DNA of 64,000 nucleotides from Octopus vulgaris (GCA_951406725.2 OX597820.1:9610001-9674000), one strand, 5' to 3'. Counted from the stretch's first letter, positions 40,539-53,642 are shown. The notes: generated by a model from the sequence alone, not told the origin. Made by a program: numbers and translations.

Positions 40539-40912
40539 TAGCAGTATCGTCCGGCGTTGCTCGGGTTTGTTTCGACCCTTTAGAATTGGAATTTTTGAAA
40601 AGTAAAAATTTTGCATTATGTAGCTTGTTATTCTCTTTAAGTGGACATTTTTCTGGTTGAAATACACCGAAAATGACGACACAGCAGTCAAAAAATCGTG
40701 AAAAATAGGGATTTTCATAGAAAAAAAGCACCTTTTTGATGTAAATAATTTTTGGTGTTAACACGGTCCGATTTGAATTTTATCTTCTACGGAATGAAGA
40801 GCAAGCCTTCTTCTATCATACTCTCAATTTTGGTCAACTTGCGCCGCAGGGTCTCGGAGGAGATAGTGTTAGTTGAAGGATACCAAACCTGTCACACGCA
40901 CACAGACTTCAG

Positions 40913-40920
<8 letters not shown>
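40538..40920 (-). mobile_element. Non-autonomous Helitron, 5' end merges into (TA)n
   Basis: CTAG-hairpin end; reverse complement of 14142-14534. Confidence 0.8.
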
Positions 40921-40977
<57 letters not shown>

Positions 40978-40981
<4 letters not shown>

Positions 40982-41661
40982 AGACAGGGGGCAGATCTAA
41001 TGTAGCTATAAGTCGTGATTGGGCAGAATCTGGATGACGTCCCGTTCTACTTGACTAACGAAGCGACTGGTCAAAACAGGAAACAGACAAGAGGCAGTTA
41101 TGATGCAGCGATTGGTCAAAATGATGATGACGTCCCGTTCTGCTTGACTAAAGCCACCTAACGAAACGATTGGTCAAAACATTGATGACGTCACGCTACG
41201 CTGGACTGACTACCTAACAGGCATTATAAAACCGAGCACTTCACAAGACTCACTAGAACCACCCAGCGAACACCCACCATGGGTCATCACAATTGCTTAA
41301 GGTAAAAATGAATTCCTCGCTCTTTCGGAAACATCAATCTTCTGTATTGACTGCTTTCCACCACTTTGATCTGTTTTTTGTATTGAATACGTATCGCCAC
41401 CGTGGGCCACTGCATCGAACACTTTGAACATATAGCATGAATGAACTTACTTCAAACTATATATCAACTATACATGAACTCTAAGATGTCTGACTCCGTT
41501 GTGTATTATAAATGAATTTCTTGTGTTTGACGGCATGAGCTGTCTTTTTTTATATATAACTTTTTTTGATAAGGTTCATTTCAGGAACTGAAACATGTTA
41601 TAATGTATATATAAAAATTAAAAATTGTATAATATAGCAGCATTTTCGAACTTCATTTTTT

Positions 41662-41667
<6 letters not shown>
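40978..41667 (+). mobile_element. Promoter-containing repeat, possibly a Penelope pseudo-LTR, inside (TA)n
   Basis: Three ATTGG + TGACGTC modules, TATAAAA at 41225, CCACCATGG, splice donor at 41302, degenerate hammerhead-like motif at 41566-41600. Confidence 0.45.
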
Positions 41668-41729
<62 letters not shown>

Positions 41730-41908
41730 ACAGTTTACGAAAAAAAAACAAACAAACAAAAGACGAAGACAGGTGGTGTACAAAACAAACATATGTATTA
41801 GTATAGCGCTCAGGAATAGAAAAAAGTCTTTAACGTTTCGAGCCTACGCTCTTCTACAGAAAGGGACACAGAAAACAAGGAGAGAAAAAAATGTGTGTAG
41901 TGGCTAAC

Positions 41909-41999
<91 letters not shown>

Positions 42000-42700
42000 A
42001 AAAGTCAGTATACAATATGGACCTGTTTGCTTGAAAGCAAACGGGAGCATATTGTACCCTGGCTTTTTATGGTTAATTTATAGTTTAACCTACATATATA
42101 TGTATATATGCATGCATATATGGGTACTGGACATCAAAAGAAAAAAACGTGAACACAATGAGAAATGAAAGCAAAAACAGAAAACGAACATTTTTTCGAA
42201 CGAAAAAAACAAACAGAGAAACGAGACATACAACATAAAGAATATTCCCCTTCATCAGTTGTCCCTGTTTCATCTACTCCGCTGTACGAAGGCAAGGACA
42301 ATACGCGACTTCATGAAACAGTGCTTCCCGCAAAGCAAATTAAATAAAATTTGGGATTTTTTTCCCGCCACAGTCCTGTTCTTGTTACCACTTTCACCCT
42401 CCGCAAAAAATCCCAAATTTTATTTAATTTGCTTTGCGTTACTCTCCCATTTCTTCTCGTCCGTCCCTAATTCTTCTGTCCCTCTGCCTTTACCTCTCTT
42501 CTCTCTCCCCACGTCACTGGTGTTCGGCCAAGCCTGACCTTTCTTTCTTGGTTCAACTATCATCCGTGCAACATGTATAAGTCTCCTCTCAGAGTTTCTC
42601 TCTTCTATAGAGATGTTGTGACAACAAGCGAGAGACCTCTCACTCGCTGTGGGCCAACTGCGCGCCTGGACACTAACCTAGGTATTTCAATGTCCCCACA

Positions 42701-42778
<78 letters not shown>

Positions 42779-42977
42779 CATACATAGTAGTTTATAAATC
42801 GTATGGTATATAGGCGCAGGAGTGGCTGTGTGGTAAGTAGCTTGCTTATGAACCACATGGTTTCGGGTTCATTCCCACTGCGTGGCACCTTGGGCAAGTG
42901 TTTTCTACTATAGCCTCGGGCCGACCAAAGCCTTCTGAGTGGATTCGGTAGACAAAAGTTGAAAGAAGCCCATCGTG

Positions 42978-43008
<31 letters not shown>

Positions 43009-43205
43009 TTACGTCCCCGTAACTTAGCCACAAAAAAATAAGTCCTGGGGTCGATTTGCTGGACTAAAGGCGATGCTCCAGCATGGCCACAGTCTGAAAC
43101 AAGTAAAAGAGTATACCTGGTAGTTTGCCGGTAAAACCCGTTCCGTCTCATTAATGACACACAAACACATATGCGCGCGCATACATACGCATGTGTGTGT
43201 GCGAT

Positions 43206-43320
<115 letters not shown>

Positions 43321-43715
43321 TGATGCAAATAAGCAAATAAAACTACTGTTAGAGAGAAAGCAAAAATAGAAAATTTTCAGACGCTAAATATTCAAATATA
43401 TATATATATATATTTATAATAATGAAGGGTGAAATTAATTAATTTGGAATAATTATCAATTACACCAAGTAGTCTTCGGCATGTAAAAGCCTCATTCGAG
43501 GAAAATTTAAGTAATACTAGCAATAAAGGGTTTAGCAACGAATTGCCTTACCACAGACCGAATTTAGAAATAGCAGTCAAATAGTTTTAGCTATTTCTTC
43601 TACTAAAATCTCCTTTTTAGTAGAAGAAATAGCTAAAACTCTTTGACTGCTATTTCTAAATTCGGTCTGTGGTAAGGCAATTCGTTGCTAAACCCTTTAT
43701 TGCTTAGTATTACTT

Positions 43716-44422
<707 letters not shown>

Positions 44423-44436
44423 CTATAGGTCTATAT

Positions 44437-44683
44437 CAGGGGTGGGCAAACTACGGCCCGCTGGCCGCATGCGGCCCGCCATAGGTTTTCATGCGGCCCG
44501 CCATAGGTTTTCATGCGGCCCGCCGAGAGCTTTTATGAATCCCAACTTCTATGCAGATACTTCGTAACTGTTTCTGTTGTACGGTAATTCACAATATTTT
44601 CCCTTGATTTTTATAAATGAGGCCCGCCAAGGTTCCAAAGACGCACTGTGCGGCCCGCGATCAAAAAAGTTCGCCCACCCCTG
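44437..44683. mobile_element. hAT (Charlie-like) MITE
   Basis: TIRs CAGGGGTGGGCAAACT / AGTTCGCCCACCCCTG, exact 8-bp TSD GTCTATAT, subterminal GCGGCCCG repeats. Confidence 0.9.
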
Positions 44684-45404
44684 GTCTATATATATATATA
44701 TATATATATATAGATATTCATATATTAACAAAACAAACTTACTCAGAGTACAAGGACACAGGAAAAAGAAGTACAGGGAGAAGATATGGTGTTACAAGTG
44801 TGACAGTGGTTTCTGGGGTCTCGGCGTTACTTAATAAATTTCGGCAGATGTAGTTTACCAGGATATGCAAGCAGTAATGGAAGCAAAGAAACATTGGACA
44901 GATCCGGGATCCGTCTTCAGGGTAGAGAGACAAAAATATGTTAGATTCCCAATCCGGATCTATCCAATACTTACTGGATAGATCCGGAAACAATGGTAGA
45001 TGCCTTTTCCGTGAGAAAAAAATATATTTTCTTTTGAAAACCTATGAGCTTTTTCACCCCACTTTTTCCTACTCAGTAGGGTTTTGGCCATTTTCTTTTT
45101 GCACTACATACTTAAAAATAGGAGAAACCTTGAAGGTTTAAAAAATGGAAATCAGCATTTACCACCACAATCGCCACTTCCTTTATTTTTATTTTCAAAT
45201 AAAAAATGAGTCGAAATTTAAAAACGATAGGGAAATTTTTTAAATCTTTCCCATAAATCCTAAAACTTCAACTGTTTTTTTTTCGAATTCTTTTTTTTTT
45301 TTTTAAATCATAAGTTCAAAATACGGATAATCGGAATCCGCAATTTGTTTGTTTTATAATTTCAAAATATTTTTCAGATGTAGGCGTAGGAGTGGCTGTG
45401 TGGT

Positions 45405-45429
45405 AATAATAATAATAATAATAATAACG

Positions 45430-45481
<52 letters not shown>

Positions 45482-46400
45482 AATTATTGTATACAGTGCT
45501 CAGGTGCACCACAACTTGTCAGAAAGTGCATATAAAGTACATGCAGTAATGTAGAAATGTCTGGAAAGTGAACATGCTTGTGTGTGTATGGAGGGGAGAA
45601 AATCAAGTGTAGTGTTGGCGAATCTCAGGAAGCATGGAAGTCTTGAAGGATGCAGTGCTCCGACAACTAACAACCGATGCCGGCAGTTTGTTCCACGCTT
45701 CAGCAACTCTCAGCGTGAAAAAACGTTTCCTGAAGTCATGGGAGCTGTGCTGTTTTCTTACTTTGTAAATATGTCCACGGGTGTTAGATGGGTGGAGTTT
45801 GAAGAGGTGCTCAGTGTTATTGTTTGTGCGATGGTTGATACATTTTATGGGTGTCTGCCAGGTCAGCTGACAGACGTCGGAGTTTCATTGTGTCCATGCC
45901 CAGGGAAGTAAGGCATTTAGAATATGGCAAATGCCTGATGGAGGGTATTCTTTTGGTTGCACGTCGCTGAACAGCTTCCAGACGATTGATGTCCTGGGCA
46001 AGATAGGGGTTCCAGACCGGTGATGCAAATTCCAGGTGAGGTCTTACCATAGCTATATAAAGCCGCAGATAGATAGCCGGAGAGCGGCTCACAAAGGATT
46101 TGGTGAGTGATGCCAAGACACCCTCAGCCTTCTTGACAATTTTGGCGATGTGTTTTGTCCAACGCAAATCACTGTCGACAATAACACCCAGGTCACGTTC
46201 ACTTGAAGACTTTTTGAGACTAGTGTCGTGGAGGAGTAGGTGGACGCTGGGTTTCTCCTCCCAAAATGCATGGTGGTACATTTGTCCACAGCCAGCTTGA
46301 GTTGCCAGTCCATGATCCACTGCTGCATTGTGTCCAGGTCTGCTTGCAATAGAGATTCATAGTGTATAGGATTTGACCTCTTTATTTCGAGGTACAGCTT
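45405..46400 (-). mobile_element. 5'-truncated CR1-clade LINE with (ATT)n tail, inserted into the head of a SINE
   Basis: LQADLD...KC, ERDLGVIVD, VRPHLEFASPVWNP, LEAVQRRATK with frameshifts; the SINE head is split between 45383-45405 and 46397 onward. Confidence 0.88.
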
Positions 46401-47287
46401 GCTTACCAACCACATGGTTCTGGGTTCATTCCCACTGCATGGCACCTTGGGTAAGTGTCTTCTACTAAAGCCTCGGGCCGACCAAAACCTTGTGAGTGGA
46501 TTTGGTAGACGGAAACTGAAAGAAGCCCGTCGCATATATGTATATATATGTGTATGTGTGTTTGTGTTTGTGTTTGTGTGGTGTGTTTACGTCCCCGTAA
46601 CTTAGTGGTTCGGCAAAAGAGACCGATAGAATAAGTACTGGGCTTACAAAGAATAAGTCCTGGGGTCGATTTGCCCGACTAAAAAGGCGGTGCTCCAGCA
46701 TGGCCGCAGTCAAATGACTGAAACAAGTAAAAGGGTAAAAGAGAGATGTAAAAGTGTGCGATTTCAGGGAGATTTAGCTGGTGTTTCTAGCACATCACAT
46801 GACCACCTGCTACCTTCCTCGTTTCTTTGTCATTCTGAGATGTATTGAGGTTGGGTTTTTTTTTCAATATTTTTCTCCTCATCGACACAGTTTATGGAAA
46901 GATGGTACAACAACAAAAACATTTTGTAGTTTCAATCTTTAACCTTCCATCCCGCATCAGACGAGCCTCTGTGTGTATGTGTGTGTATGTGTGTGTATAA
47001 GAAAAACATATTGACTAACAGAAAAACCTGGAATTAAAATTGGTTCTGTGGTAAGAAGCTTGCTTCCCAACCACATAATTCCGGGTTCAGTCCCGTCACG
47101 GACAAGTGTCTTCTACTATAGCCTCGGGCCGACCAATGCCTTGTAAGTGGATTTGGTAGATGGAAAACTGAAAGAAGCCCGTCGTATACACACACACACA
47201 CACACACACATATACATATATATTCGTTAGTTACTGCACGCATTTTTTTTCTCTCCTTCTTTCTGTGTTTTTTTTTCTCTCTGAGTA

Positions 47288-47325
47288 TCTTTCTGTTGAA
47301 GAGCGTAGGCTCGAAACGTTAAAGA
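47288..47325 (+). ncRNA. Minimal hammerhead-like motif, variant core CTGTTGA
   Basis: TCTTT-CTGTTGA-A-GAGC(GTAG)GCTC-GAAACGTT-AAAGA; related copies at 4444-4480 (-) and 41828-41863 (-). Confidence 0.55.
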
Positions 47326-47422
47326 CTTGTTTTATTTATATTTCCTGAGCGCCATACTAATACAATTGTTCGTTTGTTTTCCACCTGCCTTCGTCTTTTG
47401 TCTATTTTCATAAAGCTTCCCG

Positions 47423-47467
<45 letters not shown>

Positions 47468-47517
47468 GCGATTTTTTTTCCTCTGCCTTCCCTTCTCGGG
47501 ATCTTTCCTTCTCCTAT

Positions 47518-47552
47518 GTTTCCGACGAAGAGCTCCGCTCGAAACGTTAAGC
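47518..47552 (+). ncRNA. Minimal hammerhead-like motif, variant core CCGACGA
   Basis: GTTT-CCGACGA-A-GAGC(TCC)GCTC-GAAACGTT-AAGC; second copy at 98-132 (-) with stem I GTTT/AAAC. Confidence 0.55.
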
Positions 47553-48142
47553 CCTCCTTCTTCCCTTCTTCCCTGAGCGTCCAATGATACGTTATTTGTT
47601 CCACGTCCTTGCGTTGTTGTGTTTTTTTGTTTTCTTGTTTGGATTAACTTTATATATATATATACATACATACACGTGAGTCGTCTAAGAGACCATAAAT
47701 CAGGGAAAAGATGCATTCGTATATCTGTCCGTAGAATGCATATTTAATACTATACTTTTCGAACAATGTGTGTGCGTGTGATAAGTGGAATAAGTGAATG
47801 TGAGTTATCCCCCTTCCTCGAGTGGAACTTCTTACGTCCCACTTCCACGAATATTAACAGTATACAACACTTCAAGGCAAGATTGACAAAACCTCGACCG
47901 GTTTAATCAAAAGGCCAGCTTGGCCTCTATCTTGATCGAAGTTTAAGCCTCTTGAAATATCGTATTCATACTGGCTATCAGTATGAACTTTAATTCCAAA
48001 TGATCTTGAATAAATTTTTACACTGACCAGTCATAAGTTATACGTACCTTTCTTCTTACCAGAAGCAAGCGCGTATAGTATAGTATAGTATAGTACAGTA
48101 TTGTATGTATGTATGTGTATGTATGTATGTATGTATGTATGT

Positions 48143-48204
<62 letters not shown>

Positions 48205-48208
<4 letters not shown>

Positions 48209-48469
48209 TATCTGTCGGGCATGTGGAAGAGAGTGTAATTCGGCAGGAGGACTTAAACGACATGCAAAGGTACATGAAGCCCAGTTACAACTACAGCCGG
48301 CTATTGTCGGTAAAGGTTTTAGTTGCCAATTCTGTACAAGACATTGTAGATCTTTAGCTGGGCTAAAAAGTCACATTCGATCACAGCACCAGTAACAGTT
48401 AAGCTTCGTGCAATGGCCATACTCGATAACGAGGGGGCAGCCATCATGTATGTATGTATGTATTGTATG

Positions 48470-48558
<89 letters not shown>

Positions 48559-48875
48559 ATGTATGAATGAATGTATGTATGTGTGTATGTATGTATGTAT
48601 GTATGTATGTATGTATGTATGTATGTATGTATGCATGCATGGAAAACGAACCTCCACCAACTATTCTGCTTATATGTCTGTGCACACCATTCAATGCCGT
48701 ATATGCCAGAAGGTTTGCAAATCAATCGAAGGCCTCAAAAGACATTTTAAGATCCAGAAAGATCAGAACTTTATCTACAGCTCTTAGTGGTTCCAAATTG
48801 GAGGTGCAATCTATGTGGGTGTCTTTTTCAGAACATTGTCTGGTTTAAAAAGCCACATCAGATGCCACAATGGTG
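48205..48875 (+). mobile_element. Two LINE 3'-end fragments with degenerate C2H2 fingers, separated by microsatellites
   Basis: CxxC...GLKRHAKVH, CQFC...[10 protein letters not shown], then GCCATACTCG...CAGCCATC and a (TATG)n tail; second fragment frameshifted. Confidence 0.55.
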
Positions 48876-49199
48876 TTGAGGTGTCGGACATCCAAAGAGT
48901 TTGTATTTTTGATGTTTATTTTTATCAGCATTTAATAGGATTCAAAATATCTTTTTAAATATGTTCATATTTTAAAAATTATACAGAATCATTTTTACAT
49001 CTTTTCTTTTTTTCACTTCAACATATATATATATATATATATATAGGCGCAGGAGTGGCTGTGGCTTGCTTCCCAACCATATGGCTCCGGATTCGATCCC
49101 ACTGCATGACACCTTGGGCAAGTGTCTTCTACAGTACCCTTGGGGTTGGCCAAAGCCTTGAGAGTGGATTTGGTAGACGGAAACTGAAAGAAGCCCGTC

Positions 49200-49228
<29 letters not shown>

Positions 49229-49233
<5 letters not shown>

Positions 49234-49931
49234 CCTTCCTTTTCTTTCTCCGAGCTGAGATTCGAAATCGAATCTAAGGATTCTCGCTCATCTGATCCAC
49301 CACGGCCCCAAACAAACGCAAAAGAAATTTCTTTGTCCTGTCAGAAAGTGATGGATGGATTCCCCTTCGACCTACGACCTACTCTATGTCATTTAAGGTT
49401 CAAGTGGACAGGAGGCGACCTACATAGGTAGAAATTACACCTGTAGTACGTCTGACCTTCTACCTGTCATGACCATTATAAATACAGTCAGATACCCATT
49501 AAGCAGCAATCCGTCAAGGGACTGCAGATAGCCATCACCAGGTGAACTGTTAAGAGACAAGCAGACAGCCAGCAAGTAACTTGCGCCAGTCAAGCAGCCA
49601 ACAAGAAACCCCATATTCAGCATGAATGACTCAAAGCTGTAGCAGTCGCAGAACATAAACAGACATGACCGAATGACCAATGCACACACAGACACAAAAC
49701 ATGCCCGGTTCCACGTCATCACATCGACACGGTATTTCCCGCTTATTTTCTTCTTCACCAACTCAAAGCAAGTTGGTAATGTCATGTGGTGAATTTTCTG
49801 GTGTATACAACAAGTAAATGCAAGCGCCGATCAAATAAATTATTTAAACCACAATCCGATGCTTCCCCCATTGTTTTACTCTAATGTTGTCCACATGTCT
49901 ATTTCATCTTTTGCTACACCATCCCGCTACA
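49229..49931 (+). mobile_element. Possible solo LTR
   Basis: Non-microsatellite block between TA and CA repeats; TATAAATA at 49477, AATAAA at 49834, ends GCTACA; left TG and TSD not visible. Confidence 0.35.
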
Positions 49932-50108
49932 CACACACACATATAGGTACTGGAGTGGCTGTGTGGTCAGTAGCTTGCTTACCAATCACATGGTTCTGGG
50001 TTCAGTCACACGGCGTGGCACCTTGGGCAGGCGTTTTCTACTATAGCCTCGGGCCGACCAAAGCCTTCTGAATGGATTTGGTAGACGGAAACTGGAAGAA
50101 GCCCGTCG

Positions 50109-50179
<71 letters not shown>

Positions 50180-50489
50180 TTGTGTGTCTATGTTTGTCCC
50201 CCTAGCATCGCTTGACAACTGATGCTGGTGTGTTTACGTCTCCGTAACTTAGCGGTTCGGCAAGAGACCGTAGGCTTACAAAGAATAATTCCTGGGGTCG
50301 ATTTGCTCGACTAAAGGCGGTGCTCCAGCATAGCCGCAGTCAAATGACTGAAACAAGTTGAAGAGTATATATTTATATATACTCTTAGAAGCCCCTTGGA
50401 GTCAATAATCTGTCCAGCAGACCAAAAAAATTCTTTCCTTCTTCTTCCCTCTCCCTTCCCCTCTTTCTCTTTAGCACCCACCTCAGATA

Positions 50490-50538
<49 letters not shown>

Positions 50539-50694
50539 ACATGTTCTCTCTCTCACTTTCTCCTCATCCACCTCATCCTCTTGTACTGTCTTATATTCCT
50601 CCCCACCACTACGAAACTCTATAAAATGATTAAAATTCCCCACAAAGGAACTTATTTTGATTTGAAAACCCCACTAGAATGGGAGAAAGCGCTA

Positions 50695-50769
50695 ATGATC
50701 TGAATGATATGATCTGAATGATATGATCTGAATGATATGATCTGAATGATATGATCTGAATGATATGAT
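50695..50769. repeat. 14-bp tandem repeat, about 5 copies (ATGATCTGAATGAT)
   Basis: Seen directly. Confidence 0.9.
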
Positions 50770-50885
50770 ATATATGTAAAAAATGTAATATATAAATAAA
50801 TATCTGTAAATATGAACCATCTGATCTTCTGATTACCTCATTTCTTCTAATATATAATACCTGTACATCAGCTCCAAACCTTCCA

Positions 50886-50919
<34 letters not shown>

Positions 50920-50946
50920 ACTCGAATACCGGAAGTAGAGTAACAT

Positions 50947-50990
50947 AAACTGTTACTCAGAGTTTCACGTTCCTGTTCATCGGACAGTTT
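50947..50990 (-). ncRNA. Minimal type I hammerhead motif with variant core
   Basis: AAACTGT-CCGATGA-AC(AGGAAC)GT-GAAA-CTCTGAG-TA-ACAGTTT; 7-bp stem I, palindromic stem III. Confidence 0.65.
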
Positions 50991-51384
50991 TGGTATATGT
51001 ATTTGTACCTGTGTTTGTCACCCCACCCACCATTTCTTGAAACCGATGTTGGTGTGTTTACGACCCCGTAACTTAACGGTTCGGCAAAAGTCACCGATAA
51101 AGTAAGTACTAGACTTACAACGAATAAGTTCTGGAGTCGATTTGTTCAACTAGTGGTGGTGCTCCAGCATGGCCGCAGTCAAATGACTGAAGCAAGTAAA
51201 AGAATAAAATGATATATCTTAGTGATATGTTGTTTTTTCTTTCCTTGTAATGAATACTTGGTCTGAATCGTCAGTTGATCATTGAATATTATTTTAAAAT
51301 CAGATAAGTTTATATAAATGAACCGAAAAGTTGTGAAGTTTCACATCTAACCAAATAGTAAATGGAATAAAATGCATTTACGAT

Positions 51385-52068
51385 TCTTTTCTACTCTTGG
51401 CACATTGCCCGAAATTTTGGGGGAGGGGGCCAGTCGATTGGATCGACCACAGTACGCAACTGGTACTTAATTTATCGACCCCGAAAGGATGAAAGACAGA
51501 AGAAATACTGTTGGGCGCAATACTTAACGGTATTTCGTCCGGCTTTACGTTCTGAGTTCAAATTCCGCCGAGGTCGAATTTGCCTTTCATCCTTTCGGGG
51601 TCGATAAATAAAGTACCAGTTACGCACTGGGGTCGATGTAATCGACTTAATCCGTGTGTCTGTCCTTGTTTGTCCTCTCTGTGTTTAGCCCCTTGTGGGT
51701 AGTAAAGAAATAGGTATTTCGTCTGCCGTTACGTTCTGAGTTCAAATTCCGCCGAGGTCGACTTTGCCTTTCATCCTTTCGGGGTCGATTAAATAAGTAC
51801 CAGTTACGCACTGGGGTCGATGTAATCGACATAATCCGTGTGTCTGTCCTTGATTGTCCCCTCTGTGTTTATCCCCTTGTGGGTAGTAAGGAAATAGAAA
51901 TAGGTATTTCGTCTGCCGGTACGTTCTGAGTCCAAATTCCGCCGAGGTCGACTTTGCCTTTCACCCTTTCGGGGTCGATAAATTAAGTACTATTTGCAGA
52001 CTGGGGTCGATGTAATCGACTGGCCCCCTCCCTCAAAATTTCGGACCTTGTGCCTAGAGAAGAAAAAG
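51385..52068 (+). mobile_element. Same SINE family, trimer with an inverted 3'-end copy on its left
   Basis: Three B-box/core units (51530-52020) joined by aagaaata|ggtatttcg; 51385-51495 is the reverse complement of the last unit's 3' end. Confidence 0.8.
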
Positions 52069-52197
52069 AAAGTGTACTTATTATTGTTGTAAATCCGGTC
52101 ATTATTTTACTCGGGGACTATTTTTGGGGTTGTTACTGCAATATAGCAATTGTAACTCTTCACTAGAGAGCTCCGTAAATGTGGATTTCTTGCAAGC

Positions 52198-53148
52198 ATG
52201 GCCGAAGAAGAGACGATTGTGAAGAAGGAACCTGTTGAAGCGGTTGATTTGGAAACTAGGATTTTGGAATTATGTAAACAAAACCCTGATGGAGTAGACG
52301 ACAGTGCTATTCTTGTGGATATGCCCCAGTTTGATGCTAACCAGAGGGTGCAAGCTATTAACCGGCTCCTCTCCACAGCCAAGATAGACTTGCTGAAAAG
52401 TGGTAACAAGTTGGTTTACAAATTAAAGGACCCTTCGTCGGCCAGTGTTGTGAAGGGCTCTGATAACCAGGAGAAAGTTGTTTACCAAATCATCAAGGAA
52501 GCCGGTAACCGAGGGATATGGATTCGTGACATTCGCTATCAAAGTAATTTATTACTGACTCAAGTCAACAAAATATTAAAGAACTTGGAAAGCAAGAAAC
52601 TTATCAAAGCCGTGAAATCGGTGGCTGCTTCTAAAAAGAAAGTTTATATGCTTTATGAATTGGAACCGGACCGATCGGTAACGGGAGGAGCGTGGTACAG
52701 CGATCAAGATTTTGAATCGGAATTTGTCGAAGTACTCAACCAACAGTGCTTTAAATACCTGAACGAGAAAGCTGCGAATGCACGCGAAACCCTTTCAACA
52801 CCCATCATGCAGAGAAATGCATCGTTCGCTTCTTCGACGGACGTCTGGAAATATATATCGGAACTTGGTATAAGTAAAGTGAAACTTGCTGTTGAGGACA
52901 TAGAAACTATTTTGGATACTTTAATTTATGATGGTAAGGTGGAACGTTCTATAGTTGCCGGACCGTGTTCGTCCAGCGGCGCATCTGGAAGTATCACAAA
53001 ACTATATCGAGCTATCAAGCCATTGATACAGCCGACCGGATTAACAAGAATGCCGTGCGGTACCTGTCCAGTTTTTCACCTTTGTTCAGAGGACGGGGTC
53101 ATCTCGCCGACTTCATGTATATACATGAAAGAATGGCTTGACTATTAA
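52198..53148 (+). CDS. POLR3F: RNA polymerase III subunit RPC6 (C34/RPC39), single coding exon, 316 aa
   Basis: Uninterrupted ORF with GNRGIWIRDIR, LESKKLIKAVKSV, SVTGGAWYSDQDFESEFV and the C-terminal Fe-S motif CGTCPVFHLC...ISPTSC. Confidence 0.96.
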   Translation: MAEEETIVKKEPVEAVDLETRILELCKQNPDGVDDSAILVDMPQFDANQRVQAINRLLSTAKIDLLKSGNKLVYKLKDPSSASVVKGSDNQEKVVYQIIKEAGNRGIWIRDIRYQSNLLLTQVNKILKNLESKKLIKAVKSVAASKKKVYMLYELEPDRSVTGGAWYSDQDFESEFVEVLNQQCFKYLNEKAANARETLSTPIMQRNASFASSTDVWKYISELGISKVKLAVEDIETILDTLIYDGKVERSIVAGPCSSSGASGSITKLYRAIKPLIQPTGLTRMPCGTCPVFHLCSEDGVISPTSCIYMKEWLDY

Positions 53149-53642
53149 AGGTTTTATTATTATAACATCACACATTCTATATATATAAAAAGATGTATAT
53201 ATTTTTTAAAGATATTTGTCACTTCTCTGCTTTGTTAAACATATCGCCAAAATTCGAGCAGTTTTACTTTTTTTAAATTCACCAACGTTAACCTTCTGAG
53301 CTCATATCCTTGTTGTTGCTTGGCCTCGGGTCAGTCCCACTCGGGTGGATGTATGATCAAAATATATTCCGGTTGCGACCAATGGTTTTTTTTTTCTCCT
53401 GTACATCAGTCAATGTAACTCCTTTCTAAGACAGCAGTAGTGTGATATTTTAAGGAATTGCAGTTTCTATTTTTAGCAAATCGACCGACCACATATAAGC
53501 TTCCTCATTGTCTCTTGTTTCTTCATCTGCGTTAGATGGGTTGACTTATTGGTATTGGGGTTGTGTACGTGGTTAGTATTTCAGGATATCTTACACCTGC
53601 GATATAGAAGATTTTCAATAGCGAAAGTAAAGTAATTGATTC

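Noticed and set aside
42240-42285. Minus-strand GAAAC...CTGATGA as a type II hammerhead (also about 33465-33505)
   Set aside because: Too few bases between the motifs to form stems III and I.
48105-48848. Host C2H2 zinc-finger gene
   Set aside because: No TGEKP linkers, frameshifts, bounded by microsatellites and followed by a LINE-like 3' end.
52107-52901. Antisense ORFs over POLR3F
   Set aside because: Shadow frames of the real coding sequence.
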